Of a stretch of DNA of 64,000 nt, positions 42,782 to 57,739 are shown in pieces. The notes under the pieces were generated by a model. That model saw nothing but the letters and a program-made list of their open reading frames with translations, ran no database searches and was not told the origin of the DNA. The position numbers and the translations under genes are program-made. The DNA is from Eledone cirrhosa (lineage: Eukaryota): contig OZ024747.1 of the NCBI GenBank assembly GCA_964016885.1, forward strand, positions 69,626,001-69,690,000, read 5' to 3'. Within the stretch, counting starts at the first letter, position 1. Every line of letters begins with the position of its first letter.

Positions 42782-44730
42782 TAAGTAAGGCAGTAAGTAA
42801 GGCAATCAAAGATATGAAGATGGGGAAGGCAACCGGTCCATCGGGTATAGCTGCCGAGATGCTGAAGGCATCTGGGTCTGTAGGTCACACTATAACCACA
42901 CGTATCGTTAACCAGGTAATACTAGAAGGGGCCATACCAAAAGATTGGTGCAGTAGCATCATTGTCAACTGCTACAAAGGTAAAGGCGATGCACTAGATA
43001 GAGGAAACTATAGAGGTATAAAGTTGATGGACCAGGTCATGAAAGTAACAGAAAGAGTTATAGCACAGCTGATTAGGGACCGGGTGAATATAGACGAGAT
43101 GCAATTTGGGTTTGTACCAGGAAGAGGCACCACTGATGCCCTCTTCCTTGTGAGGCAATTACAGGAAAAGTACCTAGCTAAAAGTAAGCCACTCTACTTG
43201 GCATTTGTCGACCTTGAGAAAGCCTTTGACAGAGTTCCACGTGCTGTAATCTGGTGGGCTCTTAGAAAACTAGGAGTAGATGAATGGCTTGTGAAAGCGG
43301 TACAAGCCATGTATAGGGGAGCAGTCAGCAAAGTTAGGATTAGCAATGAGTATAGCGAGGAATTTAGCGTACAGGTTGGGGTCCACCAGGGCTCTGTTCT
43401 TAGCCCTCTCCTGTTCATCATAGTCCTGCAGGCAATAACGGAGGAGTTTAAGACCGGATGCCCATGGGAACTCCTGTATGCTGATGACCTCGCACTCATA
43501 GCTGAATCTATGGTAGAACTAGAGAATAAATTCCAAACCTGGAAGCAGGGACTAGAGAGAAAGGGTCTCAAAGTCAACATGACAAAGACTAAGGTCCTTG
43601 TAAGTAGACGAGAAAACAGAACCCAGATCCCCTCAGGGAAATGGCCTTGCTCAGTATGTAGGAAAGGTGTAGGTAGGAACTCCATTCTCTGCCCCAAATG
43701 CAAACAATGGGTACACAAGAGATGTAGCGGGATCTCAGGAAGCTTAATTAAGAATGTAGGATTCACATGCAGCAGCTGTGCTGAAACAGCAAGCAGCAAA
43801 CAGCCACAGGAAACAAGTACCAACAATCTCTGGGAGGGCCCTGTAGAAACAGTAGACAGCTTCTGCTACCTAGGTGACCGAATTAGCAACGGAGGTGGGT
43901 GTTCAGAAAGTACAATAACTAGGGTAAGAACGGGATGGAAGAAGTTTAGGGAACTACTACCACTGCTAGCTGCAAAAGGCTTCTCCCTCAGAATGAAAGG
44001 CAGACTGTATGATGCGTGTATCCGAACAGTGATGTTGCATGGTAGTGAGACCTGGGCGCTGAAGGTGGAAGACTTACGTAGATTAGAGAGAAACGAAGAC
44101 TGCATGCTCCGATGGATGTGTAACAGTAATATACGTGAACAACAAAGCATAAATGAATTGAGAGAGAGACTGAGCATAAGAGGAATCAAATGCTGTGTGC
44201 AGGAGAGGCGGTTGCGCTGGTATGGACATGTGATGCGTATGAAGGATGACAAAAGTCAAAAGGTGCAGAGCACTAGAAGTTGATGGAAACCGCGGAGTGG
44301 GGAGACCCAAGATGACCTGGGATGAGGTGATAAAAGCCGACCTTACCCAATTACACCTCTCAAAGGCAATGACACACGACTGTGACTTCTGGCGTCACGC
44401 AGTAATACAGAGTACCCGACCTCCCATGGGTACATGCTGAAGCATATAAACAATATGCCCCCACACCGCCCACCGCAAGGTGGTCGTGGAGGTGCCACGG
44501 CAAAAAAGCACCCAGCCCACACTGTAAAGTGGACGTGTAGGCGCCATGAAAAAGCACCCAGCACTCACTGTAAATGAGGTTGGTGTTAGGAAGGGCATCC
44601 AGCTGTAGAAATCAAGTATGAGCAAGGCATGGTCAGCCGACCAGACACTGCACACAACAGGACAACACGTCTAACCCATGCTAGCGTGGAAGAACGGACG
44701 TAAAACGGTGATGATGATGATGATGATGAT
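42782..44730 (+). mobile_element. RTE LINE subfamily A, 5'-truncated
   Basis: Near-identical to 18995-20946; RT and PHD-like finger intact, frameshift near 44250; 5' end in (TA)n; (GAT)n tail. Confidence 0.96.
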
Positions 44731-44751
44731 ATATGCATTTGTGTGCACGGG

Positions 44752-44783
<32 letters not shown>

Positions 44784-47700
44784 AGCTATGTGCAAGTGTG
44801 GGTATTTTAAATTTGTATAGGCATATACTGTGCATATATGTCAAGGTTTATAAAGGTTATGCTAAGTACACATTATCATCAAATCTATTGGTATTCTTTT
44901 TTAAATTGGGCCTGCTTGAACCTGAGTTTCAGATCATGTGGCCTTTAGCATACATGACCCATTCTGGAGACAGTCTCATATTTAAGCAATATACCTCATA
45001 AGCATTTAAATGTTTGATTAATACCGTCATTACCAAATACATTTTAATAATTTTTCCCTTTGTTTTAAATTTTGCTATTTTCTCTTGGATATATTGTGAT
45101 ATTTTTCCTTAGTTTAGTTATTCATGAGCAAATTTTTTTAAGACATACTGTGCTGTCTTCTTAATCTCATATCTTTTTAGTGTTATTAATGTGTGTAAAA
45201 CTTCCTATAGCCTCTGATACACACCTATATGGTTGGACATTTTGGGCAATAGTGTTTTCTTTCTAGATTGCAATTGGAAAACTTTCCTAGTGTACTGTAA
45301 TAAATACCATCACCCTATACTCTGATATGAATAACATTTCTCTTCCAGGACATGTTCCTTTATTGATCTACTTTCGATTCTAGCTCTTCATTCCATTATA
45401 TTTTTTCACAACAGGTAAAGTTTCTCTTATGATCAATTCGAGCAATTCTGTATGGTTTGTCTTAACCAAAAATGACCACTCACTCTCACTATGGCTTGAT
45501 ATTTAAATAACATATTTCAACTTTTAGTAACTTTATTCATCATCAAAGAGATCTCTTCCAGAACTTCTTTAATGAAGCAAAACAAAAGGTACTGACTAAT
45601 TTTGTGTTGAATAAAAACTTGCTGATTCTCATTGTTTCAAAGGAAGATCCTTTGAAATAGTTGTTAGTAGCACAAATCTAATTCATTACGTTTCTTTTCT
45701 TCATTGAGTTGGTCAATAGTAAAAGTTCCTATTCACTTAGTAATTAATCAGTTCACTGTCTTTAGAAAGACACTTATGTATGAGGAAAGAAAGTCATGTA
45801 AATCAGTTTTCAATCAACGTTTTTCTGAAGACCTAATCTTCTTCCACAGGGAAAAATCCACTGTCTTGTTTCAGCAGCCCAAAGTAGCTTTTAATGACTA
45901 AAGACTTTATTAATGCTATGTTAGATAGCGGTGAAGCACTAATACAAAACTGTTCTACATTATTTCTTTATCTCTACCATTCAACTCATTTGAGACTAAC
46001 AAAAATTATCCACCACTAAATCTAGCTCCATTAAACACCAACTATTTACTTCGAGCTATACATTTAAAGACATTTCTTTATTACTATTATTATTATTCCT
46101 CCGCCTACTACTATTATTACTACTACTATTATTTCAAGACATTTTGTTGAAGGCAGCCCATAATTAAGAAAAATGATGGTTAAAGAATAATTGAAAGATA
46201 GCTTGATCATTATGATCAATGAAGATATAAAAACAAATGTTTATACTGTGATGTAGTGGACATTAGAAATAACAGTTATGTACTCAGTTATAACAAAATA
46301 ATACGTAGAAATATAAAAAATAAAACTCTTGAAATAATTGACTGAACATTAGAGTAGTCTACATACTTAGGTAGATAGACAATATGAAGGAAAAAGCAAC
46401 TTTCCCACTTAAAGTTATCATTGTGATCTTAACAGAAATAAAAGCTTTAGCTGATTCTTCTCAATGAGAGAGCCTCTACATTGTTTCCAAAGTTGTTAAA
46501 AATAACAGCAAATTCTCTATTTTAAAAGATGGAAAAGAGATTTAGGATTTTGTAAATGTAGACATATCGCAATTGGTATGCCCCCCCCCCTTTTTTTTTA
46601 CTCACCAGCGCATACCTTATCATTCCTCATGCCCATACCAATGCAGTTCTGCTTACATCAAGTGGTGCTTTTAAGAAAAAGGGTCTTTGTAGTGTGTGTT
46701 GGTTACAGGATGATACTAACGTAGAGAGTTGAGAGTTGCAAAATATTCAATTTTTGTACTTTCAACATTAGAGTTGAATGAGTGAGAGATCCAAAATGAG
46801 TATTGAAGTCACTGAGAATGATAACTTTATAAAAGATTAAAGTGAGGTATATTTTCTTATTGTAAGAGATTTGATTAAAAAATGTTGCTGAAAGTTGAAA
46901 TAATTCAGAGAGGAGCTGACAGTTGGATATGTGAAGCAGTTGTATTGAAAGGGGTGTGGTGAGAAAGACTAAGTCAAGGTAACTAGAAATCTTTGTTGCC
47001 GAAAGGTGTGTGTGGGGGGTGGGGGTGGAGGGCTCTACACATGACCAGATACCACATTTCAGAGCAAAGTTTGAGTATGCCTGGTCAGCAGAGATGGGCT
47101 TTAAATAAAGATTAAGAGATTTGTAACTTGGAGAGGATTAAGATGTTAATAAGAAGTGATTTGTCAAGTCTAGGTTGGAGAAGAGGAAAATGTAGTGTCA
47201 GAGCTAAAGATATCCATGTATGATGTTAAACTATGTAGCATGGTGTGACTACCTCCATACCCAAAAGAATACCTCTTGTAATGAAGCATTTATAAACACT
47301 GAAGGACAGTATTTAAAATTATTTTTTTATTATGAATTGTTTTGATTGAAAAAGAAACATTTTCTTGCTTCTTTCATTAATTTACAATTTAGATAACCTT
47401 AGTCAAGTAATTACAATCTGAAACTGATATACCCCTTAGCATGTTCTGAATTTTGTTTAAATCAAGTTTTAGTGTGAGATTGAACTTTCAATAATAAGGA
47501 AAATTAAATTAGAAACTACAAAAATATAGACATTTAGTGTTCAGAAATACATAAACTATACTAAATTGCATTAAAAGTTTTAGAGTGATTTACGAATATT
47601 TATACAAAATTTATAGGATTTTGAATTAGATTCTTTAGTTAATGAAAACGTTTTATGAAGGACAGCAATGAATTTGCTGTCAAACACAACTACTATGAAT

Positions 47701-49237
47701 AGTAATAGTAAACATTATTAGTAATGATAGTATTCAAATAATACCTTAATATTGCATTATTGTGATATTATTCTAGCTTTATTACTAATTAAATGTGATG
47801 CTGTCAAATTTTATTGGTATTAAAGAAGTTCTCACAATTTACTGTAATTAAAACAAAATGAGAACTTTAAGAACAGAGCCTTATAATAACATTTCTAAAG
47901 ACATTCGGCTTTTTCAACAAAGTAGAACAGATTTTTTCCGTCATGCAATATAAATTATAGATATATAAAATACCATATATAGTTTTTACAAATATATATA
48001 TATATAAACTATACAAAAAGACGTAAACTTAAAAAATATAGAAAGTTAGTTATTTGTGGGCAGCTATCCCCCAGTTATGTGGGCAGTAGGTAAGAGAAAG
48101 CGTAGAGGGAATGATTCGGATAGTGAGGAATCAAATATGTGAGGGGAGGAAGACTAAGATGAGGGGAAAAAAGTAAGAGGCAAATTGGTAAGAAGCATCC
48201 TAAATGTTGATATACCTCACAGTCTCTGCTGTACCATCTTTGTACATACTTGTTTCAGACTGCTCATATGAAGAGGTTGATCTTTTGTAATATGGGCAGC
48301 TACTAGTCAACTCAATCCTTTGTCATCTCCTGGACCTAAACTACGACTACTAATATAACTGCTTCTGTTACTACTAGTGTAGCAATTAGGCGTACGTAAA
48401 TATAGCTTTTGATTTTGAACAAATTTTATAAATCAATATATAAAGGAATTTTCATGAGCTGGCTGAAGATAACTTGTGTGATAATTGAGATTGCATGAGG
48501 TTAAAAGCTGATTCCAGTACACACAAAATAAAAAGAATTAACTTCTGTATACTTGATAAAATTCATTGTTAAATGAGAAGCAGTTAAATAAAACTGAAAA
48601 AGAAAAAAGCTGATTCCTTGACATATTTCAAAACTTAATTTGTATGGTAACCTTGTCTCCCTTTTCTTTTCTAACAAGGATCATCATTAAAGCTAATTGT
48701 TTTTCTTTCCATTTCAGCTGTAATTTTAGATAGTGGACTACATTGAGAATACCCCCCCCCCCCCCCCACACACACACACACCAATTCAACTTTTAGTTAT
48801 GAAGACTTTGTAGATTACCTTTATTTTGAGGTTAAGAAAAAGTGATAAAAGTACTGTTATATATGAATATGTGTCTGTGTAGCTGGTTAATACAATAGGG
48901 AGTTGAATTACAATAAAGAGCTGTATTACAGCATTCATTTGAACACTCTTGGGCTGGAATCAGAGACATGACTGTTGGATTGGTTTCTTCCACTCATATT
49001 GTTATAGCTTTAGACAGCGTCCTTTGTGTTCTGATTTCACCATCAACAAGTTATACACTACAACTTGTTCCTTGCTAGCATTTAGCAGAATTTACTCCAT
49101 TACAAGGACTTGGATCAAATCTCTAGATTGAAAATAACTTTCTCAACTCCCACCAGTCTCAGAAACAATAAACAAATAAAGGTCAAGAGCACTGCCTTTG
49201 TAAACTGTAATTAGTTAATATGGAGATATTGAAGTTG

Positions 49238-49397
49238 GTGTGAATGTATGGTTAAGAGGATTACAACGCAAATATGTGGTTTTGGGTTCAATCTCATTGT
49301 GTCACACCTAGAGCAAGTATCCTCCACTATAATCTTGGGTTGTAGGAAGCCTTGTGGATGATATTTGATAGACAAACACTTTGTAGAAATTTGTCAA
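49238..49397 (+). mobile_element. Old tRNA-derived SINE (third family); similar relics near 12690-12790, 38825-38900 and 53125-53385
   Basis: TGGTTAAG...GGGTTCAATCTC...AGAGCAAGTATCCTCCACTATA...GCCTTGTG. Confidence 0.5.
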
Positions 49398-50449
49398 AGA
49401 TTTAACCTGTTCTTCGGTGGTAGACTTAATCTGACACTTTCTTTAACACCATCACCTTGTATTCAATGTATTTAATGAAGTTCAATATGATGCAAGCATT
49501 TAAACCAAGTTTGCAGGACAGTCTTGGAGTTCTGAAAACGGTCATATGAGCTGCCCTCTCTCCTTTGACCAAGTCGTAAAATAATCTATACTTAGCACAG
49601 AGAGAAAGGATGCAGAACATCTTTAGTCAACTGATAATTCAATGTTAAACCTCCCTTGAAAAGAATCCTTCCAGTCTCGATCGTTGAAAATTGCAAACTA
49701 TCGGTATAAAGTTGATCTGAACACAGCTGCTCAAGGAACCACTAGAGATATGCACTGTTTATCACATGAAAGATTTTGATTGATTTAAGTTAATTGAAAC
49801 AAACAAACAAAGGCTGTTTTCATCTAAATAAATCTATAGAGCTTCCTGTTAAACAAACTGACACTATTCTTTAGAGCTCTATTGGGGATAGCTAGCATAT
49901 ATGCCAGATAGATTGGACGCTAGAGGCACTTTCCAACATTGTTTCAAAAATATTTGATGTTTAGAAGATTTATGAGCCTAACATTATCATTTCTATTTCC
50001 TTCATTTCTTTGTATTCATAAAGACCCATTCATTTTTATTTAAAATTGAGATGTGTTGGGTCCCTTACAAAACTGATCTAGAAAACTGAAGTTAACATAT
50101 CAAGGGATTCTTTATGTGTTTAGAAAAGTAAATATCAAAGATGAAAGGATTTACAACTAACACTTATGACTATATTTTGAGCTCTATATTAAAGATTGGT
50201 TGTAAAATTGAGATATTTTGAAGATCTCTGAGACTAAATCTCAGTCTAAACAGCCATATAAATACAGAAAAATAATTGAGTAGTATTAAATAGAACAAAA
50301 CACACTATTAAAGGGAACAAAATAAGAAAAAGAAAAAAAGGATCAAGCAATGAAAGAAAGGGAGAGGAACAAACACTACACCCCAGTTTGAGTGGTGCCT
50401 CTCCCACAATCTGTGGACAAAAAGGCAAAGGCATTTTTACAGAGAATGG

Positions 50450-51200
50450 TCAGAGACACTTACTGCAACAGCCATCACTTAACAGGGAGTTCCGCCTCAA
50501 GTGACTCACTGTCTTTCCAATTTTACAGAAGAAATCAGTAGTGCAGAACCAAGGATGCAAGAGGTCTTGATGAAGACTACTGCAAAGAGGAAATGGTCGG
50601 TCAAGCCCTGGTATTTTCATTTCTACATTGAAGGTAGCTGAGCCCATGTTTATGCTGAAAGTGACATGGCTTGAGCCAGAGAGCAATTTAATACATATCA
50701 CATCCCAGATTAGAGATTTTCTCCCCGCAAAAAGGAAGAAGGATAATATATCAGACAACTTACTATTGCCATGGTTGAGGCCAGCCACCTCTAACTGTGA
50801 TGGAAAACTGGCTCGACGGCTCCTCGTGATGATGTCATTCAGAGCTGTGTGATGGGGGAGCTGATCTGCACTAAAGCAGCAAGATAGCGAGTGTAGACTG
50901 AACTCATTGATCACTGCTCCACAACAACATCTGTGTGGATTATACACATGGAGGTTGATGTGCTGTTCAACTTCAATGTGGGTGCACTATTCATGAAGAA
51001 GGGTACCAATTGATGAGGAATGCACCAATTGAGCCAAGTGCAACAGTTTGGCTGTGAGGCAGGGTGTAGACAGGTGAGATAGAATTGGTCCAAGGAAGAC
51101 TCCGTCTGCCTGAAGGTAGACTTGCAATTCCTATTGTCCCAGTTATGTTGAACATTGGTACACTAGAAGATGGAAAAGCCTTCATTAGTCCAATGAGCCA
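50450..51200 (-). pseudogene. Decayed CRE-like (RLE-type) non-LTR retrotransposon 3' region
   Basis: ASLP.. then HRCCCG..LHSLSC..HHTALNDII..PSQLEVAGL..KLSD..KSLIWDVIC, resembling the CCHC plus restriction-like endonuclease signature (LEPxGLxRxDGKRPD..LxWDxTC). Confidence 0.72.
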
Positions 51201-54200
51201 CAGCTGACTTCTAAATCAGGAAGTCATATACAATAAGAACATTGGGTGATAACATACATAATGTATTGAGACAAGAAATTTGATTTAATTTTTTGATAAA
51301 TTCTGGTGAAAAAGAAAAAAACAAAAGGGAGAAAACCATGATTTTACATTATTTGAGAATTAATGAAAAATAGAATGCAGTGGGGAGTGAGTCTGACTTT
51401 TGGAAGAACTATGATAACAGGTGTACCTGGACATTTCCTCCCAATCATTCATATTATTGGAATTTATCATATAATGTTAAGCTCCTGGTAATCAGTGCCC
51501 CACCTCATCTCAACACGGATATATGCATATTGTACCTTTAACCATTGATGAACAATTTATTGTATATTTGATACATTGGGCTTTTTCTTACATTAATGAA
51601 GTCAAATTTATTGTACTTATTTCACTTTTTTCTTGTCTTTTGTTATCAAACTTGCAAGACCTTATAACAATATGTAGTTTATATATTGTTTGGAAAACTA
51701 GTAACTTTGACACGGAATCAAGTGCTTTGAATTTGATTTGAAAGTACTTCTTTGACTTTTTTTCACAATGACAGATAACTAACTGTACATTATTAATGAA
51801 TGTTTCTTGATCAAAAAGGATTAAATTGTCTGTTGTATCATTACAAAGCCATAAATATTAGCAAACAATGATATTCAATGTTTCACAAAGAATGCAACCC
51901 AAATTAATCTGTCAGCATATAGAGAACCAAAAACAAAATTAGTATATGTATTGTTGTACCAGTATATTTCATTAATCCTACAGAAGATAAGAACTGAAGG
52001 GATTCGCTTGTTTTTCATAATTATATACACAGAATCCAGTTATATTGTTCCAGGTGGGTCAGCAAAAACACTTTTATTCAGTTCAGAACAATATAAGGAA
52101 TTACAAATTACTATTTTGAAATATTGCAAATTGTAAATGATTAATACTGATTAGAAAACTGTTAGTCCAAATCACTTGTGATATAATCACAGTAAGAGAT
52201 AGAAAAAATGACCTGTTTCAAAATGTCTATCAACCACAACTATAACTTTCAATTATCAAACATGTAGTCATGATGATATTTGGTTTTACCGAATTGGAAA
52301 AATACTGTTTGAATTATGAAATTTATGTCTTTGACACTACAAGTAGAGTTGCTTACATCTATTATATGTTGTACTGACTCTACTATGTCTTTGGACCATT
52401 TATGTACTATATCAGTTTTACTGTGATAAACAGTTATTAGCTCCACACTCAATACTTTTCAATTCCTGAAGAAAGCAGCATTATGAGTACTATGTCCAAC
52501 ATGGTGCAACATACCCAATTGAAAAATAGACAGGAATTGACTCCAGAATTTAACCACTAACTTATTTATCAACTTTTGAAGAATGAAAGGAAAAGTTAAG
52601 TTATGTGGGATTTGAACTTATCCCTTTCATGACTGCATATCTAACGAAATACACTATTTCAATGAAGACTTTTGGGAATTTACTAAAATTATTAATTATT
52701 TTATTACTATGTTTGTAACAATGAAAGGTTCTTGTATAAAATTATGTTTGAAGATTTTAATTTAATTTGGAAACCTTTAAAATAGGGTGTTTTATTTCAT
52801 AGAACCAGGGCTAGCTTTGGTTGGGTTGGTAATTAAAGGGGTAAAACACAATCAAAATAAATATTGCAAAGAATTTTGTCCAACATTCTAATGACAAACA
52901 ATTCACCACATTTACCACCAACAGAATTCAAACAATTTAGCCAGAAGAAGGGCAGCACTCTTGACCATTTTCAAGGTATCCATTTCTGTGGAAGGAAGTT
53001 ATCCTCAGACCAGAGATGTTGCCCAAATAGTTGCAGCAGTGTGCACTTCACTAAAGGCACCCAATTGCCAGTTAGTGATGCTTAATTTGGAAATTATTAA
53101 TATCCGCTAACCAAGAACAAGGAGCATCCTATTGATTGGCTTCTTCACAGTTTCCACCATATTTTACTTACAAATATTTGATCGACCAGAAACTATAGCA
53201 GAGAACATTTGTCCAAGGGGCCAAGCAGTAGAGTCAAACCCTAAAGTATGTAACGGCAAGCTAAGTTTCTCATTTATTAAAGACATGTCTTTTAGATATA
53301 GCCATGTAGTTAAAAAGTTTATAGTCTCTGGTTTCATGGCATTGTGCAGTACATTGGAAAAGTGTTTCTACCATAAGGTTTACCAGTAGAAATGTCACAT
53401 TGGATAATGTAGTCCTAGATACTACAAATGTAGTCCTAGATACTACAAAAGGAAGGAAAGCCCTCAGAACATCTTTCATAATACATTTGTTAGATATAGA
53501 TTAAAATGGGTCCAAACACAATCACCACTGGCTTAGTTTCAATTATATAGAATTAAATTGGGGAGAACATACTATACTTAACACATTTGTTAAATGCAAT
53601 AAGGTATTTTGAATGAATAATCAATGACTGAAATATCTGTTTTTTCTTTACCATTTCCATTGCAGAAAATGTAGACAGTAAGTACAACTAATGAGAGAAA
53701 GTTGACAAACATTTGCTTATTCTAAATGAGGTAATTATTTTCATGAATGTCATTTAAAAAAGAAATTGAACCATAAAACGTTGGTAAAAGAATATCTAAA
53801 ATATATGAAAGAATTTCACATTTGAAATTTGTGGAAATCACAAAAGCATTTTCATTGGTTGACATGCTCGTAATGAAAGAGTTATAAGAATCTGGGCTCT
53901 CATATTTTGTAAACTAGTTAAATATGAATGAAATGGTAACAATAACTTTGAAAGTGAATTGTCTGAATTCTTTTGCTAACGGACAATTTCTGAAGAATTA
54001 GTAATACATTAGAAATATTTGATTTAATGACAATGAAATAGGTTCTGTCCTTATGGTGTTATAAATCATTGTATATTTCACATTTTGAGATAAGTTGTAG
54101 TCATCTGGTATTCTGTCGCCATAATCTGCATTGTATATATTATATATTTTTCAAGCAACTGATTGTATTATAGTTATCTTGGTTGAATATCATTTTTAGG

Positions 54201-54789
54201 CACCCCTCAGGGGGATTATTTTCAATTTGTTCCTTGGATAGCATCAGTAAATCCAGTTTTCAATTCCCTATATTATATATACATATATACACAAACATAT
54301 ATACAAATACATACATATATACACATACATACACACACACACACATACACACAGAGCTCTATTGTATTTAATATGCAAAATGACCCAACGGCTATTTTGG
54401 GGGGTCATATTGTTGATATTCATAATCATTGTTACTGTATTGTCTCAGAATTTTTTTTATATATACTGACCGCACTAAGTCTCATAAACATCTGGAAAAT
54501 GTATCTAAACATGTTCAGCATCACAATCCATAATATGATTTTAATGTTCAAGTGAAGGTGTTTTGTAACTGATTTTCATTTTATGCTCTGAATCACAGTT
54601 ACTCTAAACCACAATTCATCTCTTGAACAAGATTTAGTTAAATAAACAGTAGTCTTTACATATTACCCCAAAATAAAGTTGAAGTAATTACTGAATTTAT
54701 CAAAATTTGATAAACTATATAATTGTTTTGACTGATGTTGATAAAAGAGATGCATTAAGCTTTTCATTGTTCTTCATGGAATAATAATG

Positions 54790-54997
54790 GTTTCTGATTT
54801 AGGTACAGCAATTTTGGGGGTAGGGGAACATCAATTAAATCGATCCCAGTGTGTGACTGGTACTTTATTTTATTGACCCCGTTAGGATGAAAGGCAAAGC
54901 AAACCTTGGCGAGGCTTGAACTTGGAACATAAAGGGCTGTAACTATGCCGTGAAGCAGTATGTCAGACACTGTACTGATACTGCCAATGCCCTGCCC
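54790..54997 (-). mobile_element. Second-family SINE copy
   Basis: ctggtactttattttattgaccccgttaggatgaaaggcaaag shared with 42343-42384. Confidence 0.75.
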
Positions 54998-57566
54998 TTC
55001 TTCATGGATTAACAATAATATATAAAGAACTAAAAGTATACAATATTAAATTTCAAAATTAGAAATGCACCATGTCATCACCATAAATCTCTATCAAGTT
55101 TAATAGAAGTTCTTGTAACCAATACAAATTCTAAACAGATTTGTCAGGGACTTGTTTCGATATAATTCTCATTTAGGCTGCATCAAGGCAACTCGTTTCC
55201 TTAGATTTTGTTAAAGATTCCATCTATCTCAAAATGTTATGTATGAGGTGGTGAATTGTAAAGCCATTACAGTGTCAAATAAAATGCCTTGTATTATACA
55301 TTGAGTCTCGGTTCCATGATTTTTAAATTCTGCCAAAGTCAAGCCTTTAACCAATCAAGTATTTTGGTAAATTCTCTTTCTCCCATTTTCTCTTGATGAA
55401 ATCAATTAAGGTTTGAACTGGGGAGTTTGGGTTCACATGAAGAAACTTGCGAAACAAATTCAAAAACAAAATATATGTGTATGTGTGTATATTCAAACCA
55501 TGTTCAACCAGTCATTTGCTTCACATTTTCCAGTGTCTACACTTTTTTAAAGGCATAGTGTGGTTTTCAGGAGATTTAGCTGCCATTTTTTGCAGTACTA
55601 GCAAAGAGAATCCCTCATCAGTTTGTATTCTAATGATATGCTAAGCTTTGTGTGTCTTTATAAAATAGTGTGTTATGTGTATGATTTTTTTTACTGTATT
55701 GTAAACTTACAGACATGTTACATGTTTCTTCACAGTGTTATAAATAATGTGTATGTTTGTTTTGTGCAACAACTTGACGCTTTGCAGGAAGTTGTCAAAG
55801 GGCTATGTTCTTGTAAACTGTTGGCAGAGTGGCTACGAATTTGTTGCTTTTGTAATGTGTTGACTTTGAAAGGCATTGTTATAAATATCTGTGCAAGTTT
55901 TACTATGATGTAAATGTGTTTGTATGTTATTGCAGCATGTTTTCAATTTATTGAAAGTGTTGTATGAATATCAGATGCCTTGTTACTAGTCTCTTTTAGA
56001 ACATCATTTTCGGAAACCAAAATCTGGTATTTCTTAACAGTATCAGCAACCAAATCATTATGCCATGCATCATGTTTTGCTTAAAACCATTTCTTTTCAT
56101 GAATACCCCTCCTTCAAAAGGATTTTAATTCTTATAACATTATAGGACCTATGATTTAAGTATTCCACTTTGAATCTATTAAAATATGTGAGTATTTATT
56201 GTGGGTAATGTACATGTATACACAAACACACAAATGTACACATGAAAGGACACACACTTATTCATATACCTATGCCTGCAGAGACACACAAACATACAGC
56301 CACACATGAGCATACAAATGAACATTTCTACAAGTACTATGGAAATGCATTAATACACCATAAACTGATATATTCTTGTGAAAAACTAACTTTTAAAAAT
56401 GAAATATCAAGGGAAGTAGTATTTGAGAATGCTTAGTGATACTGAATGGAAAATAAAACAGTAAACACCACTTATAATATCAGAGCTTTTTGATACAGTT
56501 GCAATAGGAGCACACTTTATAACTTCAGATTTTCATATTAGCCATTTATTTATACCACACTTTGTGAACAATAGTGCTTTTTCCTATAAGTTTCCAACAG
56601 GCATCATGGGTTCACTGGGAAGGAAATGCATGTCTAAATTAGGGAAAAATGAATATCGATTTACATTCAAAAGCAAAAACTTATCAGTTATCTCATGGAT
56701 AATTATGGTTTTGCCCGAAATAAAGTACTGAATGATGCACATATATGCATACACGTTCACCCCTATATATATTATCATTATAACCTTCATTTAACATCTT
56801 CTTTCCCTGCTAGCATGAGTTGGATGGGTTGTCAGCAGATTGGGTTGGTACACAAAGTGATGGGGATGACCCTAATATCTGGATAGGAGCCTGCATCCCA
56901 CTTACATTCTTATACCTTACCAAGTACACAGATCGATCAGCAACCCATAACTCATATTCACACTACAAAGACCATTTTATCATAACACAAGCACTAGGGG
57001 GGCTGTTATGTCTTTGGCTTAAGATGCCTCCTGACCGTTTGCTTAGCAGATATTCTATAGCTGGATGCTCTTCCAATCATTAACCACTTTACAGAGTGTA
57101 CTGGGTGCATTTATCATGTGGATCACTGACATTAGGCAGGCTATCATATCTTTAACACAACTGTAGAGTCCTTCTATCTCTTTGCTTGGTGGGTTTCTGT
57201 TGCCTGATGCCCTTCCTATTACCAACCACTTTTCACAGTGTGCTTGGAGTGTTTATCATTAATCACCAATACCGGGGAGATCAGTAATAGAAAACTTGCC
57301 AAACAAAGGCTAGAAAAAAACTCTTCAGTTGTACCAAGGCCATTACAGTACTGGTGGTATGATAAAATGCACTTTGCAATCTTTAGAGTACAGGGACATA
57401 TGTAATTGAGAGGCAACCGTGACCCATCTGAGAGATCAAAAGCTCTGATTACCTACCGACAGTCTGTGCTAACCCAACCAACACATGTTAGCAAGGAAAA
57501 TGGATTGAATTACAGTATTTCTTGGGTATTTTAAGCCTGGTGGATCCCTGGCCTATATATATATAC

Positions 57567-57599
<33 letters not shown>

Positions 57600-57739
57600 C
57601 ATACATATATATATACATATATATATACATATATATATACATATATATATATATACATATATATATATTTGAAAAAAGGAAAAGAATGACTTCACTTGTA
57701 GTTCTAAACAATTTTATTTTATTTTATAATATTATAATT

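Noticed and set aside
45000-47290. Possible ancient LINE endonuclease/RT relics; likewise a transposon-like stretch at 6300-7300
   Set aside because: Too decayed to support with any clear motif
52357-52466. Minus-strand exon-like segment with acceptor and GTAAGC donor
   Set aside because: Stops in all three frames
53407-53448. 21-bp tandem duplication (similar short one near 38670-38725)
   Set aside because: Ordinary slippage duplication with no further structure
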